Positions 1 to 10,035 of a DNA stretch of 64,000 bases are shown piece after piece. A program made the translations under genes and the position numbers. The notes under the pieces are model-generated. The model had not been told where the DNA came from. It searched no databases and saw nothing but the letters and a program-made list of their open reading frames with translations. Each line of letters opens with the position of its first letter. The stretch's first letter is position 1. Source of the stretch: Prevotella sp. UBA2850 (lineage in GTDB: Bacteria > Bacteroidota > Bacteroidia > Bacteroidales > Bacteroidaceae); contig DEFO01000012.1 of the NCBI GenBank assembly GCA_002350805.1, positions 14,455-78,454 on the forward strand, in the 5' to 3' direction.

Positions 1-2
1 AC

Positions 3-398
3 TACGACGGAGAGCGGGAGAACAATGGTTTTTGGAATCTCTCAAAGCATCACCAGATGTACGGCAACGCCCACATGCAACGGCTGTTTACGCTCATGCC
101 CCTGGAACCACAGTTCCGCAAACCCGTAGAGTGCGAATGGACCTACACGGTGGTGCCCAACACGCGCACCGTCTGCTTCCGAGACCAGAGCTACGGCCCC
201 GTGGACTCATGGCATTGGGACTTCGGCGACGGCACCACCTCCAACGAGCAGAATCCGGTACATACCTACGCCCGCGACTTTGCGCATTATGTGGTCACCC
301 TCACCGTGACAGGTCCGAAGGGCACAGCCCGCTGCTGTAAGGTGTGGGAAGTCTGTGTGCGCGACACCAAGCATCCGTCGGGTACCTCATACGACTAA
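3..398 (+). CDS. C-terminal part of a PKD-domain protein (5' end outside window)
   Basis: Frame open from position 3; PKD signature [20 protein letters not shown]...VTLTV. Confidence 0.85.
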   Translation, partial: YDGERENNGFWNLSKHHQMYGNAHMQRLFTLMPLEPQFRKPVECEWTYTVVPNTRTVCFRDQSYGPVDSWHWDFGDGTTSNEQNPVHTYARDFAHYVVTLTVTGPKGTARCCKVWEVCVRDTKHPSGTSYD

Positions 399-419
399 AA
401 ACTAAGACGAACAACCACA

Positions 420-503
420 TGGAGTTGCTCTTCAGCTCACTGGAGTTGCTCTTTAGCTCACTGGAGTTGCCCTATAGCTTGCTGGAGTTGCTCTATGGCT
501 CTG
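420..503. repeat. Four degenerate 21-bp tandem units
   Basis: TGGAGTTGC at 420, 441, 462, 483. Confidence 0.9.
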
Positions 504-610
504 TGCTGTTGTCACACCGTAAGATGCTTTAACTAGTTGGCAAGTGAAACTGGTTTCAGGCACAAAAACGGAGTGTCGCGGTCATCAAAACAAAATCATT
601 GACAAATAAA

Positions 611-656
611 GATGTAGGCATTCGTCCCGGACTTATAGTGGACAAATGCCTACATC
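611..656. terminator. Hairpin between convergent genes, probable purN terminator
   Basis: GATGTAGGCATT..GTCC / GGACAAATGCCTACATC inverted repeat. Confidence 0.6.
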
Positions 657-675
657 ATGTGAATGAGCATCTCAA

Positions 676-1242
676 TTACAAGTTGCTAATCACTTCTTCA
701 ATCACCTTGGGGAAGTGCTGCTGCTCGAGGATATGCTCCTTGGCGGCAATGTCGTCGGGCGTATCGTCGGGCGAAAGAGGCGTGCTGAACTGCGCGATAA
801 TCTCTCCACCGTCGCACACACGGCTCACCCAATGGACGGTCATGCCGGTCTCTTTCTCCCCGGCAGCCTTCACTGCCTCGTGAACATGCATGCCATACAT
901 GCCCTTTCCACCATATTTGGGCAGCAAGGCGGGATGGATGTTCAGCATACGGTGGTCGTAGGCATCGATAAGGAAGCCAGGAACCATGAGCAGGAAGCCT
1001 GCCAGCACAATGAAGTCGATACGGTACTGCTGCATGAGTGGCATGAGCTTATCTTCCTGATTGAACTCAGCCTTGGGCATCACGACGGTGGGCACATTAT
1101 ATTTCTTGGCGCGCACCAAGGCGTAAGCGTCAGCACGGTTGCTCAGTACGAGCGCGATGTTGACATCAGAATGGTCGGCAAAATGGCGGATGATATTCTC
1201 GCAGTTGGTTCCGCTGCCTGATACGAAAATAGCTATATTCAT
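676..1242 (-). CDS. purN: Phosphoribosylglycinamide formyltransferase
   Basis: IAIFVSGSGTN, LAGF, NIHPALLP, GMTVHWV; start trimmed to ATG at 1242. Confidence 0.95.
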   Translation of the reverse strand: MNIAIFVSGSGTNCENIIRHFADHSDVNIALVLSNRADAYALVRAKKYNVPTVVMPKAEFNQEDKLMPLMQQYRIDFIVLAGFLLMVPGFLIDAYDHRMLNIHPALLPKYGGKGMYGMHVHEAVKAAGEKETGMTVHWVSRVCDGGEIIAQFSTPLSPDDTPDDIAAKEHILEQQHFPKVIEEVISNL

Positions 1243-1276
1243 GTGAGTGTTATGGTTAGGATTTATTAGTTTATCG

Positions 1277-1705
1277 TTACAGGTCATCGTCGTCGTCGAA
1301 CATATCGTCGTCGTCGAAGCCAAAGAGGGCGGGTTCGGCAAACGAGTCGAGGGCACGCCGCTCTTTCTTCGTGGGACGGCCAGTGCCGCGGGCGCGGTCG
1401 ATGAATCCGCTGATGCGGCTCATCTCCAGCAACTCGTATTGCTTGGGGTCGGTGACATTCTCGTAGATCTCGGGCACGAGCTTGGCTCCCACGCGCATCT
1501 CGATGCACTTCAGCACACGAAAGGAATAGGTGATGGGCGGTTTCTTCACATCGACCACCTCGCCGACCTTCAGCGGGCGGCTGGGCTTGACATTCATGCC
1601 ACTAATAGAGACGCGCCCGTTCTTACAGGCGTCGGCGGCAATGGAGCGGGTCTTGAAGATGCGCGAGGCCCACAGCCATTTGTCTATGCGTGCGGTATCT
1701 GCCAT
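1277..1705 (-). CDS. hslR: S4-domain ribosome-associated protein Hsp15
   Basis: RIDKWLWASRIFKTRS, GRPTKKERR. Confidence 0.9.
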   Translation of the reverse strand: MADTARIDKWLWASRIFKTRSIAADACKNGRVSISGMNVKPSRPLKVGEVVDVKKPPITYSFRVLKCIEMRVGAKLVPEIYENVTDPKQYELLEMSRISGFIDRARGTGRPTKKERRALDSFAEPALFGFDDDDMFDDDDDL

Positions 1706-2328
1706 TATTTCTGTGTTTCAGGGGTTTGTCCCTCAGGTTTCAGGTTGAGCGTCTTAGTGCCTTTCCCCAGTTTGTTATACTGGTTCATGGTGATGTCGAT
1801 GCCTGCCAGGACAAAGCTTTTAATGATATTTACACAAAGATCGATGCTGGGTTGCAGCGTTTTCAGTTCCTCATCGCTATAGCGGCCCAGCACCCAGTCG
1901 ACCTGCATGCCACGGGGGAAGTCGCTGCCGATGCCCATGCGCAGACGGGCATAGTTCTGACCGATGAGCTGCTGGATATGTCCCAGTCCGTTATGACCGC
2001 CATTGCTGCCGGCGCCTTTCAGCCGGAACTGGCCCAGCGGCAGGGCCACATCGTCGGAGATGACGAGCAGGCGGGTCTGGTCGATATTCTCTTTGTTGAG
2101 CCAGTAGCGCACGGCATTGCCGCTGAGATTCATAAAGGTGGTGGGCTTCAGCAGGAACACTTTCCTCCCTTTCAAGGACGTCTCGGCCACAAAGCCATAG
2201 CGACGGTCCTCAAAAACAATATTGGACGCCTTGGCGAAGGCGTCCAATACCATGAATCCTGTGTTGTGGCGGGTCAGCTCGTATTCACTACCGGGATTCC
2301 CCAAGCCAACAATCAAGTATTTGTCCAT
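1705..2328 (-). CDS. pth: Peptidyl-tRNA hydrolase
   Basis: [28 protein letters not shown]; start ATG 2328. Confidence 0.95.
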   Translation of the reverse strand: MDKYLIVGLGNPGSEYELTRHNTGFMVLDAFAKASNIVFEDRRYGFVAETSLKGRKVFLLKPTTFMNLSGNAVRYWLNKENIDQTRLLVISDDVALPLGQFRLKGAGSNGGHNGLGHIQQLIGQNYARLRMGIGSDFPRGMQVDWVLGRYSDEELKTLQPSIDLCVNIIKSFVLAGIDITMNQYNKLGKGTKTLNLKPEGQTPETQK

Positions 2329-2335
2329 CCGGTGG

Positions 2336-2935
2336 TTATGCCTCCTCAGCAGCCTGAGCAGCAGCGTTAGACTTACGTGTAGCCTTGATAGAGCAAACAA
2401 CAACCTCCTTGCTGGTAGCCATCTCCAGACCCTCGAAGTTGAGCTGGCCCACCTTGATGCTCTTACCGATGGTCAGATTGGTGACATCGATATCAAGCAC
2501 CTCAGGAATGTTCTTGTAAGGAGCCTTCACGTTGACCTTGCGAACAGAGAGGTTCATACGGCCACCGTCGCGCACACCCTGTGCCAGACCGTTGAGCTTC
2601 ACGGGAATACCAATCACGATGGGCTTCTCCTCGTTCACCTCGTAGAAATCAACATGCAGCACAGCATCGGTTGTGGGGTGGAACTGCAGCTCTTTCATGA
2701 TAGCCTTGTGCTCCTCGCCGTCGATATTGAGGTTGACAACATAAACATGGGGAGTGTAAACAGCCTTGCGGAGCTCTGTCATAGGAACAACAAACGACAG
2801 TGCCTTAGGCAGACCGTTCTCATCTTTTGCCTCACCATAAAGGTTGCAGGGAATGAGTCCTTCTTTTCTTGCAATTTTGGAAGCTTTCTTGCCAAGGTCG
2901 CTTCTCTTCTGACCTGTTACATTAATCTCTTTCAT
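2336..2935 (-). CDS. rplY: 50S ribosomal protein L25/Ctc
   Basis: IPCNLYG, KELQFHP, LHVDF; adjacent to pth. Confidence 0.95.
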   Translation of the reverse strand: MKEINVTGQKRSDLGKKASKIARKEGLIPCNLYGEAKDENGLPKALSFVVPMTELRKAVYTPHVYVVNLNIDGEEHKAIMKELQFHPTTDAVLHVDFYEVNEEKPIVIGIPVKLNGLAQGVRDGGRMNLSVRKVNVKAPYKNIPEVLDIDVTNLTIGKSIKVGQLNFEGLEMATSKEVVVCSIKATRKSNAAAQAAEEA

Positions 2936-3034
2936 AATGTGTTACTCTAAATTAAGTTTTTTAATAACTAAAAATGCGCTTAATTCGCCATCACACGAGA
3001 ACATATATTCTTCGATGTGCTCAAAAAAGCGGTG

Positions 3035-3134
3035 CAAAGGTACTTCTTTTTCTCGAAACTCACAAGGTTTGCAAAAAAAAATAGTAAAAAAACATGTAGT
3101 TTCTTGCAAATGAACCGAATTTAGAGTATCTTTG
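3035..3134. promoter_or_regulatory. Divergent Bacteroidetes -7 promoter boxes for rplY (-) and nusB (+)
   Basis: CAAAGGTA at 3035-3042 (TACCTTTG on -) and TATCTTTG at 3127-3134 fit TAnnTTTG. Confidence 0.7.
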
Positions 3135-3182
3135 CATCCATAATTAATAAGAATTGGCAACGAATAGTATACATTTAGAGAA

Positions 3183-4157
3183 ATGATCAACAGGGAATTA
3201 ATTCGTATTAAGGTAGTTCAGTTAACCTACGCATACTATCAAAACGGGAACAAGAACATGGACAATGCTGAGAAGGAGCTGATATTCAGCCTCTCAAAAG
3301 CATACGATTTGTATAACATGCTGCTGGCCCTTATCGTTGCGGTCACCAAGGAGGCCCGGCGCCACGTTGAGATTGCCGAGCAAAGAGCCAAGCGTGAAGG
3401 CACGGCCATGCCTTCGCAGAAATTTGCCTACAACAAGTTCGCCATTCAGCTGGAAGAGAACAAGCAGCTGAACGATTTCATCGGTAACCAGAAGCAAGTC
3501 TGGGAAAACGACGTCGAGTTCGTGAGAAAGCTCTACGGACAGATTGAGCAGAGCCAGATTTACCAGGAATACATGGAGACCGACGACGACAGCTACGAGG
3601 CCGACCGCGAGCTATGGCGCAAACTCTACAAGGCCCTTATTCAGGATAACGAGGAGATGGATAGTCTGCTCGAGGAGAAAAGCCTCTACTGGAACGACGA
3701 CAAGGAGATTGTCGACACATTCGTCATTAAGACCATCAAGCGCTTCGACCCCAAAAACGGCAAGCACCAGGAGTTGCTTCCGGAGTATAAGGATATCGAG
3801 GACAAGGACTTTGCCCGCAAGTTGTTCCGCTCGACCATCCTCAATGCCGACCAGTACCAACGCTACATGAGCGATGCCAGCCGCAACTGGGACTTCTCGC
3901 GCCTGGCTTACATGGACGTGGTCATCATGCAGATTGCCCTCGCCGAAATGCTCACCTTCCCCAATATCCCCATCAGCGTCACCATCAACGAGTATGTGGA
4001 GCTGGCCAAGACCTACAGCACCCCCAAGAGCGGAGGCTACATCAATGGCATGCTCGACTCGATTGCCCGCCATCTGGTGAGAACAGGCAAGCTGATGAAG
4101 AGCACCGACGACCTGCATCCACGCAGAAGATACGACGATATGCAGGACGAGGGATAA
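3183..4157 (+). CDS. nusB: Transcription antitermination factor NusB (long Bacteroidetes form)
   Basis: MINRELIRIKVVQ; INEYVELAKTYSTPKSGGYINGMLD. Confidence 0.93.
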   Translation: MINRELIRIKVVQLTYAYYQNGNKNMDNAEKELIFSLSKAYDLYNMLLALIVAVTKEARRHVEIAEQRAKREGTAMPSQKFAYNKFAIQLEENKQLNDFIGNQKQVWENDVEFVRKLYGQIEQSQIYQEYMETDDDSYEADRELWRKLYKALIQDNEEMDSLLEEKSLYWNDDKEIVDTFVIKTIKRFDPKNGKHQELLPEYKDIEDKDFARKLFRSTILNADQYQRYMSDASRNWDFSRLAYMDVVIMQIALAEMLTFPNIPISVTINEYVELAKTYSTPKSGGYINGMLDSIARHLVRTGKLMKSTDDLHPRRRYDDMQDEG

Positions 4158-4220
4158 GGCATATCCGATGAAGAAATAAAAGAATAACAATCATCAACAT
4201 TAAAAACAAGTAATTAAATT

Positions 4221-4547
4221 ATGACGACATCTATCTTTCTGGCTGCCCAGGCGCAGCAACAGGGTAGCGCTATGCCCATGCTTCTGATGATGGTGGCAAT
4301 CTTCGCTATCATGTGGTTCTTCATGATTCGCCCTCAGCAGAAAAAGCAAAAGGAAATCCGTAATTTCCAGAACTCGCTGCAAGAGGGTGCTAGAGTGGTC
4401 ACCGGCGGCGGTGTCTACGGCACCGTGAAGCGCATCGACGTGGCTAACAATATTATAGAGCTCGAGATTGCCAAAGGCGTGGTGATTCGCGTTGACCGCA
4501 ACTATGTCTTTGCCGATGTTACTGCTACGAACGCACAGATTAAATAA
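4221..4547 (+). CDS. yajC: Preprotein translocase subunit YajC
   Basis: TM helix, FFMIRPQQKKQK, VVTGGGVYG. Confidence 0.95.
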   Translation: MTTSIFLAAQAQQQGSAMPMLLMMVAIFAIMWFFMIRPQQKKQKEIRNFQNSLQEGARVVTGGGVYGTVKRIDVANNIIELEIAKGVVIRVDRNYVFADVTATNAQIK

Positions 4548-4556
4548 GTACACGCG

Positions 4557-5540
4557 ATGAGTGACTCTCGATTGAAGCGCACACTCAGACTTGTCGGGAA
4601 CTTCTTTTTCAGTTCATTCAACAAGGAGTTTCTGATTTTTTTGTTCTTCCTGATGCTCAGTGGAACATTCTGGCTGGTGCTGACGCTCAACGAGACCTAT
4701 GAGCGCGAGTTCCTGATACCTGTCAGGCTGGTGGATGTGCCTAAGAATGTGGTCATTACCGGCGACGGTGAAGACACCATACGCGTCACTATCCGCGACA
4801 AGGGATATGCACTGGCCACCTATATGTTCAGCGACATGCTGCGCCCCATCGAGGTGAACTTCAAGAACTACGCCAAGACCGAGGGCCGCGGTTCGTTTCC
4901 GTCGGCCGACATGAAGAAGCAACTGGAGCAACGGCTCTACGGCGGTTCGAAAGTAACTGCCATCAAGCCCGAGCGCTTTGAGTTCTTCTTCAACTACGGC
5001 CTCAACAAGCGTGTACCCATCAAACTGCTGGGTAAGATCACCCCAGGCGAGAGCTATTACATCGCCAAGACCAAATTCTCGCCCGACAGCATCACCATCT
5101 ATGCCAGCGAGAGCATCCTCGACAGCATCAAGTATGTCTTTACAGAGCCACTGCAGCTGAGCGACGTCACCGACACCATCACCGAGAATGTCAACATTCG
5201 CAAGATGCTTGGTGTGAAATGCCTGCCGGCTGTTGTCGACGTGAGTATCTATCCTGACGTGCTGACAGAGGAAAGCATCGAGGTGCCCATCACCCCCATC
5301 AACGTGCCGGCCAACAAAGTGCTGCGCACATTCCCATCGCGGGTGAAAGTGTCGTTTGTCACCGGCGCAAGCCTCTTCCGGTCTATCCGTCCCGAGAGTT
5401 TCAGCGTGGTGGCTGACTACAACGATGTGGCTGACCATCCGTCGGACAAGTGCAACATCTATTTGCGTGCTACTCCAAGCGGTGTCAACAAGGCAAAAAC
5501 CGAGTTGAAGCAGGTGGACTATCTGATAGAACAGCAATGA
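4557..5540 (+). CDS. YbbR/CdaR-like membrane-anchored protein
   Basis: N-terminal TM, repeated beta-rich modules (IPVRL, VPIKL, VPITP); nusB-yajC-ybbR-coaE order. Confidence 0.8.
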   Translation: MSDSRLKRTLRLVGNFFFSSFNKEFLIFLFFLMLSGTFWLVLTLNETYEREFLIPVRLVDVPKNVVITGDGEDTIRVTIRDKGYALATYMFSDMLRPIEVNFKNYAKTEGRGSFPSADMKKQLEQRLYGGSKVTAIKPERFEFFFNYGLNKRVPIKLLGKITPGESYYIAKTKFSPDSITIYASESILDSIKYVFTEPLQLSDVTDTITENVNIRKMLGVKCLPAVVDVSIYPDVLTEESIEVPITPINVPANKVLRTFPSRVKVSFVTGASLFRSIRPESFSVVADYNDVADHPSDKCNIYLRATPSGVNKAKTELKQVDYLIEQQ

Positions 5541-6556
5541 GGATAGCTATCACCGGTGGAATAGGCAGTGGCAAAAGCTATGTGTGCCGCAGGCTCAATG
5601 CCCGCGGCATCACGGTTTACGACTGCGACGATGCGGCCAAACGGCTCATGCGCTCGTCAATGGCCATCCGTGAGGGACTGACAAAGCTGGTCGGCCCGGA
5701 GGTCTATCACGGCAACGAGTTGTGCAAGCCCGTGCTCGCGCAATTTTTGCTGCAGTCGGAAGCCAACAAACAGGCTGTCAATGCTGTGGTGCATCCAGCT
5801 GTTGCCGCAGACTATCTAAACTCTGGCCTGGAGTGGATGGAGAGCGCCATCCTCTTCGACAGCGGTTTCGACTGCCGCATCGCCTTCGACTACGTGGTGT
5901 GTGTCACTGCCCCGCTGGAAGTGCGCATCAGCCGAGTCATGGCGCGCGACGGCATCAGCCGCGAGAAGACACTCGAGTGGATCAACCGCCAGCTACCCCA
6001 AGAGCAGGTGCGCAGCCGCAGCCAATTCGAAATCGTCAACGACGGTGAAAAAGATATTGACAAACAATTAGATTATATATTCAACCAAATCAAAAACAAC
6101 AGAACAAACATGCAACAGACAATTCTCTCTATTGCCGGGAAACCGGGACTCTACAAACTCGTGTCGAGAGGTAAAATGAATCTTATTGTCGAAGCACTCG
6201 ACGAAACACATAAGCGCATGCCCGCTTTCGCTACCGACCGCGTGACTAGCCTGGCAGATATTGCCATGTATACCGAATCGGAGGATATTCCCTTGATGAA
6301 GGTGCTGGCCAACATCCGCGACAAGGAGGAAGGCAAGGAGTGCTCCATCAACTTCAAGAAATGCAGCAGCAAGGAACTGCGCGAGTATTTCGGACAGGTG
6401 CTGCCCGATTTCGACCGCGACCGTGTACACGACAGCGACATCAAAAAACTCTTCTCTTGGTATAACATCCTGGTGAAGGCCGGCATTACCAACTTCGAAG
6501 AGGTCATGGCTCCCACAGAGGGCAACAATGTGGACGACCGGAAAGAACAAGAGTAA
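5537..6556 (+). CDS. coaE: Dephospho-CoA kinase in frame with a C-terminal DUF5606-like domain
   Basis: IAITGGIGSGKS P-loop from ATG 5537; no stop before MQQTILSIAGKPGLYKL at 6110. Confidence 0.85.
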   Translation: MRIAITGGIGSGKSYVCRRLNARGITVYDCDDAAKRLMRSSMAIREGLTKLVGPEVYHGNELCKPVLAQFLLQSEANKQAVNAVVHPAVAADYLNSGLEWMESAILFDSGFDCRIAFDYVVCVTAPLEVRISRVMARDGISREKTLEWINRQLPQEQVRSRSQFEIVNDGEKDIDKQLDYIFNQIKNNRTNMQQTILSIAGKPGLYKLVSRGKMNLIVEALDETHKRMPAFATDRVTSLADIAMYTESEDIPLMKVLANIRDKEEGKECSINFKKCSSKELREYFGQVLPDFDRDRVHDSDIKKLFSWYNILVKAGITNFEEVMAPTEGNNVDDRKEQE

Positions 6557-6566
6557 AAAGATTCAT

Positions 6567-6650
6567 GCAAGAGCTAAAAGAAAAAGAAACTTGCTAGAAC
6601 AAGAAGAAGCAAGAGCAAAAAGAAAAAGAAGCTTTCTAGAACAAGAAGAA
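6567..6650. repeat. Two 42-bp purine-rich tandem units
   Basis: GCAAGAGC(T/A)AAAAGAAAAAGAA...CTAGAACAAGAAGAA at 6567 and 6609. Confidence 0.85.
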
Positions 6651-6726
6651 AATAACAAGCTGCTCTGCGACTTCAGAGTTGCTCTCTACGAAAATGGAAA
6701 CGCCATTTAGCGGCTCAAAACACATC

Positions 6727-6786
6727 AGCGGACAGACAAGGAAAGCCCACGTGGCACCCTACCCTTGTCTGTCCGCTCTGTTTTTT
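6727..6786 (+). terminator. Intrinsic terminator between convergent operons
   Basis: 15-bp stem AGCGGACAGACAAGG/CCTTGTCTGTCCGCT followed by T-run. Confidence 0.75.
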
Positions 6787-6806
6787 GTAGTTCTCAGGAT
6801 GGTCGG

Positions 6807-7601
6807 TTATTGCCTGACCTCAATGTCACGCCTGACGTTGTTGCGAATCTTGCGCAAATAAGCCTGCATGGCTTTGGCATCTTTCGCGTCGATGATGTCG
6901 AGCAGCTCTTTCAGTTCGGTACGAATCTTCGACACCTGTCCGGGGGTGTAAGGATTGAAAAGAATCTCCTGCAATAAGAAATCATCTTCGTTGAGCACGC
7001 CCTTGGCAATGCGCATGTGACGCTTGAAAGTCGTTCCGGGTGCATCCTGATGCTTCATGACGGCTGCAAACACAAAGGTAGAGACAAAGGGGATGGACAG
7101 TGAGTAGGCCACCGTTTTGTCGTGCTCCTCGAAAGTGTACTCATAGATATTCAGGTCGAGCCGCTGATAGAGGTCCTTGAAAAAGATGCGCCCCATATAG
7201 TCGCCCTCGCTGATGATGATAGCATTCTCCTCGGACAGCTGATTCAGGTTGGCAAACGTAGGTCCAAACATAGGGTGACTGCTGACATAGGGATGGCCAG
7301 CCTGCTCGTAGAACTCGCGCAGATTGGTCTTCACACTGGCTATATCGCTGATGATACAGTCCTCCGGAATGAAGGGAATCACCTCTTTGAAGGCCGAAAT
7401 GGTATGCTTCAGGGTCACGGCATTGATGACCAGGTCGGGACGGAATGCCTTGATTTCCTCCAACTTGGTAAACCGCTGACAATTATATGTAAACCGCATG
7501 CGCTTGGGGTCTTTCTCGTAGACGGCGGTCTCGTGCTCAAAGCTCAGCAGGTCGAGGAAGAAACTCCCCATCTTGCCTGCTCCTAAAACTAATATTCTCA
7601 T
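6807..7601 (-). CDS. tyrA: Prephenate dehydrogenase
   Basis: GAGKMG Rossmann motif, DIASVK, SHPMFGP, EEHD. Confidence 0.9.
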   Translation of the reverse strand: MRILVLGAGKMGSFFLDLLSFEHETAVYEKDPKRMRFTYNCQRFTKLEEIKAFRPDLVINAVTLKHTISAFKEVIPFIPEDCIISDIASVKTNLREFYEQAGHPYVSSHPMFGPTFANLNQLSEENAIIISEGDYMGRIFFKDLYQRLDLNIYEYTFEEHDKTVAYSLSIPFVSTFVFAAVMKHQDAPGTTFKRHMRIAKGVLNEDDFLLQEILFNPYTPGQVSKIRTELKELLDIIDAKDAKAMQAYLRKIRNNVRRDIEVRQ

Positions 7602-7606
7602 GCTTT

Positions 7607-8671
7607 CTATTGATTAATAATCTCTATCTGCTGGCGCACCGACTCCTGGTGGACGGCCTCAAACACTGTCTTCACGAAGCTGCTGTCCATCTGGAAGAGC
7701 GCTCCCTGGGCACCACGCTTGTCGAGGATTTCGTTGTAACGCGTGGGCTGCAGCACGGTCATGTTGTGTTCCTTTTTATAGGTACCTATCTCACGGCAGA
7801 CGCGCATCCGCTTGGCCAGCAGTTCCATCAGCTGGTTGTCCAGCTCGTCAATCTGCTTACGCAACTCGTGAATGCCCTCCGTTGTCACTTTTTCGTCGCG
7901 AATCACAAGCAGCGAAAGAATGTAGTCGAGCACATCGGGTGTCACCTGTTGGCGGGCATCGCTCCATGCATCGTCGGGCGAGCAGTGGCTCTCAACTATC
8001 AGACCGTCGAAGCCAAGGTCCATGGCCTGCTGACAAAGCGGGGCAATCAGCTCACGCCGTCCGCCAATGTGGCTGGGGTCGGTGATGATGGGCAGAGCGG
8101 GTATTCTGCGGCGCAACTCAATGGGAATCTGCCACATGGGAAGGTTGCGGTACATCTTCTTGTCGTAGCTCGAGAAACCACGGTGAACGGCTCCCAGACG
8201 TTTCACACCAGCCTGATTGAGACGTTCTAAGGCGCCAATCCACAATTCGAGGTCGGGATTCACGGGATTCTTCACGAATACGGGCATGTCGACTCCTTTC
8301 AGCGCATCGGCCAGTGCCTGCATGGCAAAGGGATTGGCCGACGTACGGGCACCAATCCAAAGAATGTCGATACCGTATTTCAATGCCAGTTCCACATGCT
8401 GCGGCGTGGCCACCTCGGTGGCAACCAGCATACCTGTTTCTTCTTTCACGCGCTTCATCCATGGCAGCGCCTTCTCACCATTGCCCTCAAAGCCACCGGG
8501 CTTAGTACGGGGTTTCCACACACCTGCACGGAAATTATGACAGCCTTTCGAGGCGAGTTGGCGCGCGGTGGTCATCACTTGTTCCTCGGTCTCGGCCGAG
8601 CAAGGACCGGCAATAACGAACGGACGCTCGTTGTCGCTGGGCAATTTCAAGGGTTGCAAATCTAGTTCCAT
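7607..8671 (-). CDS. DAHP synthase (Ibeta) / chorismate mutase bifunctional enzyme
   Basis: IAGPCSAE, WKPRT, DPSH; C-terminal LRKQIDELD mutase domain. Confidence 0.92.
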   Translation of the reverse strand: MELDLQPLKLPSDNERPFVIAGPCSAETEEQVMTTARQLASKGCHNFRAGVWKPRTKPGGFEGNGEKALPWMKRVKEETGMLVATEVATPQHVELALKYGIDILWIGARTSANPFAMQALADALKGVDMPVFVKNPVNPDLELWIGALERLNQAGVKRLGAVHRGFSSYDKKMYRNLPMWQIPIELRRRIPALPIITDPSHIGGRRELIAPLCQQAMDLGFDGLIVESHCSPDDAWSDARQQVTPDVLDYILSLLVIRDEKVTTEGIHELRKQIDELDNQLMELLAKRMRVCREIGTYKKEHNMTVLQPTRYNEILDKRGAQGALFQMDSSFVKTVFEAVHQESVRQQIEIINQ

Positions 8672-8697
8672 AGTTGATCTGTCTTATACTTAATTAT

Positions 8698-9858
8698 CTA
8701 TTTCATTCTCTCTATTCTCCTCAAGGCAGCTTCCAGTTTCTCTTCCTTCGCACAGAGTGAGATGCGGATGTAGCGCTCACCATTCGAACCGAAGATAAAG
8801 CCCGGGGTAATGAACACACGTGCCTCGTGCAGCACACGCTCTGTGAGTTTTTCGGCATTGGCATAACTGTCTGGAATACGTCCCCACAGGAACATGCCCA
8901 CCTGCTTCGGATCGTACGCACATCCCAAAGCCTGCATGATTTGCTCGGCATAGCGGCGACGCGAGGCATAGGTGGTGATATTGGCCTGCCGGTGCCACTC
9001 GGGCGTATTACGATATGCCTCAGCAGCAGCCAGTTGCAAACCACGGAAGGTGCCGCTGTCGATGTTGCTCTTCACCTTGAGTATCCACGAGATGAAAGTA
9101 GCATTGGTGGCACACAGTCCGACACGCCAGCCCGGCATGTTATGGCTTTTCGACATCGAGTTGAACTCTATGCAGCATTCCTTCGCTCCCGGCACCTGCA
9201 AGAGCGACAATGGCTCTTCGTTCAGGATGAAGGAGTAGGGATTGTCGTTGACCACCACGATGCCTTTCTCACGGGCAAACTGCACCAGCCGCTCGTAGGT
9301 CTGCCTCTGTGCATTGGCGCCTGTCGGCATGTTGGGATAGTTGGTCCACATCAGTTTCACACGGCTCAGGTCCATCTTCTCCAATGCATCGAAGTCGGGT
9401 TGCCAGTCGTTGTCAGCGCTGAGATCGTAGTTCACCACCTTCGCACCGAGCAGGCGGCTCAGCGAGGTGTAGGTGGGATAACCCGGGTTGGGCACCAGCA
9501 CCTCGTCGCCGGGATTGACAAATGCCAGCGTCACGTGCAGAATGCCTTCCTTCGAGCCGATGAGGGGCTGTATCTCGGTCGCCGGGTCGAGGTCCACCCC
9601 ATACCAGCGCTTGTAGAAGTCAGCCATGGCCTCGCGCAATTCAGGTGTTCCCATGGTGGGCTGGTAGCCGTGGGCATCGGCCTGACGGGCCACCTCGCAC
9701 AGTTTCTCCACTGTTTTCTCCGATGGAGGCATGTCGGGACTGCCAATGGCCAGACTGATAATGTCGTGGCCTTCAGCGTTCAGGCGGGCCACCTCTTTCA
9801 GTTTACGACTGAAATAATACTCGCTCACAAGCGATAGTCTTTCTGCTGGTTGTATCAT
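8698..9858 (-). CDS. PLP-dependent class I/II aminotransferase
   Basis: NYPNMPTG, DNPY, SMSKSHNMPGWRVG. Confidence 0.9.
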   Translation of the reverse strand: MIQPAERLSLVSEYYFSRKLKEVARLNAEGHDIISLAIGSPDMPPSEKTVEKLCEVARQADAHGYQPTMGTPELREAMADFYKRWYGVDLDPATEIQPLIGSKEGILHVTLAFVNPGDEVLVPNPGYPTYTSLSRLLGAKVVNYDLSADNDWQPDFDALEKMDLSRVKLMWTNYPNMPTGANAQRQTYERLVQFAREKGIVVVNDNPYSFILNEEPLSLLQVPGAKECCIEFNSMSKSHNMPGWRVGLCATNATFISWILKVKSNIDSGTFRGLQLAAAEAYRNTPEWHRQANITTYASRRRYAEQIMQALGCAYDPKQVGMFLWGRIPDSYANAEKLTERVLHEARVFITPGFIFGSNGERYIRISLCAKEEKLEAALRRIERMK

Positions 9859-9876
9859 CTTTATATTCTATTTAGA

Positions 9877-10035
9877 TGAGAGTTGAGAGCAGATAATTGA
9901 GAGGTGTGATTTGTATTTCTGTCTGTCATCTCGGCTCCAGTCCTGAGGCATATCATACCTCTCAGTTCTCAATCCTCAATATTGAATTCCCAATCCTCAA
10001 TTCTCAATATTCAATTCTCAATCCTCAATTTTCAA
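9877..10035. repeat. Inverted heptamer-array element inside the Phe/Tyr operon
   Basis: TGAGAG..GAGGTGTGAT facing ATCATACCTC-(TYCTCAA)n. Confidence 0.75.

Noticed and set aside
344-532. Leucine-heptad peptide MELLFSSLELLFSSLEL
   Set aside because: By-product of the 21-bp tandem repeat; no independent coding evidence.
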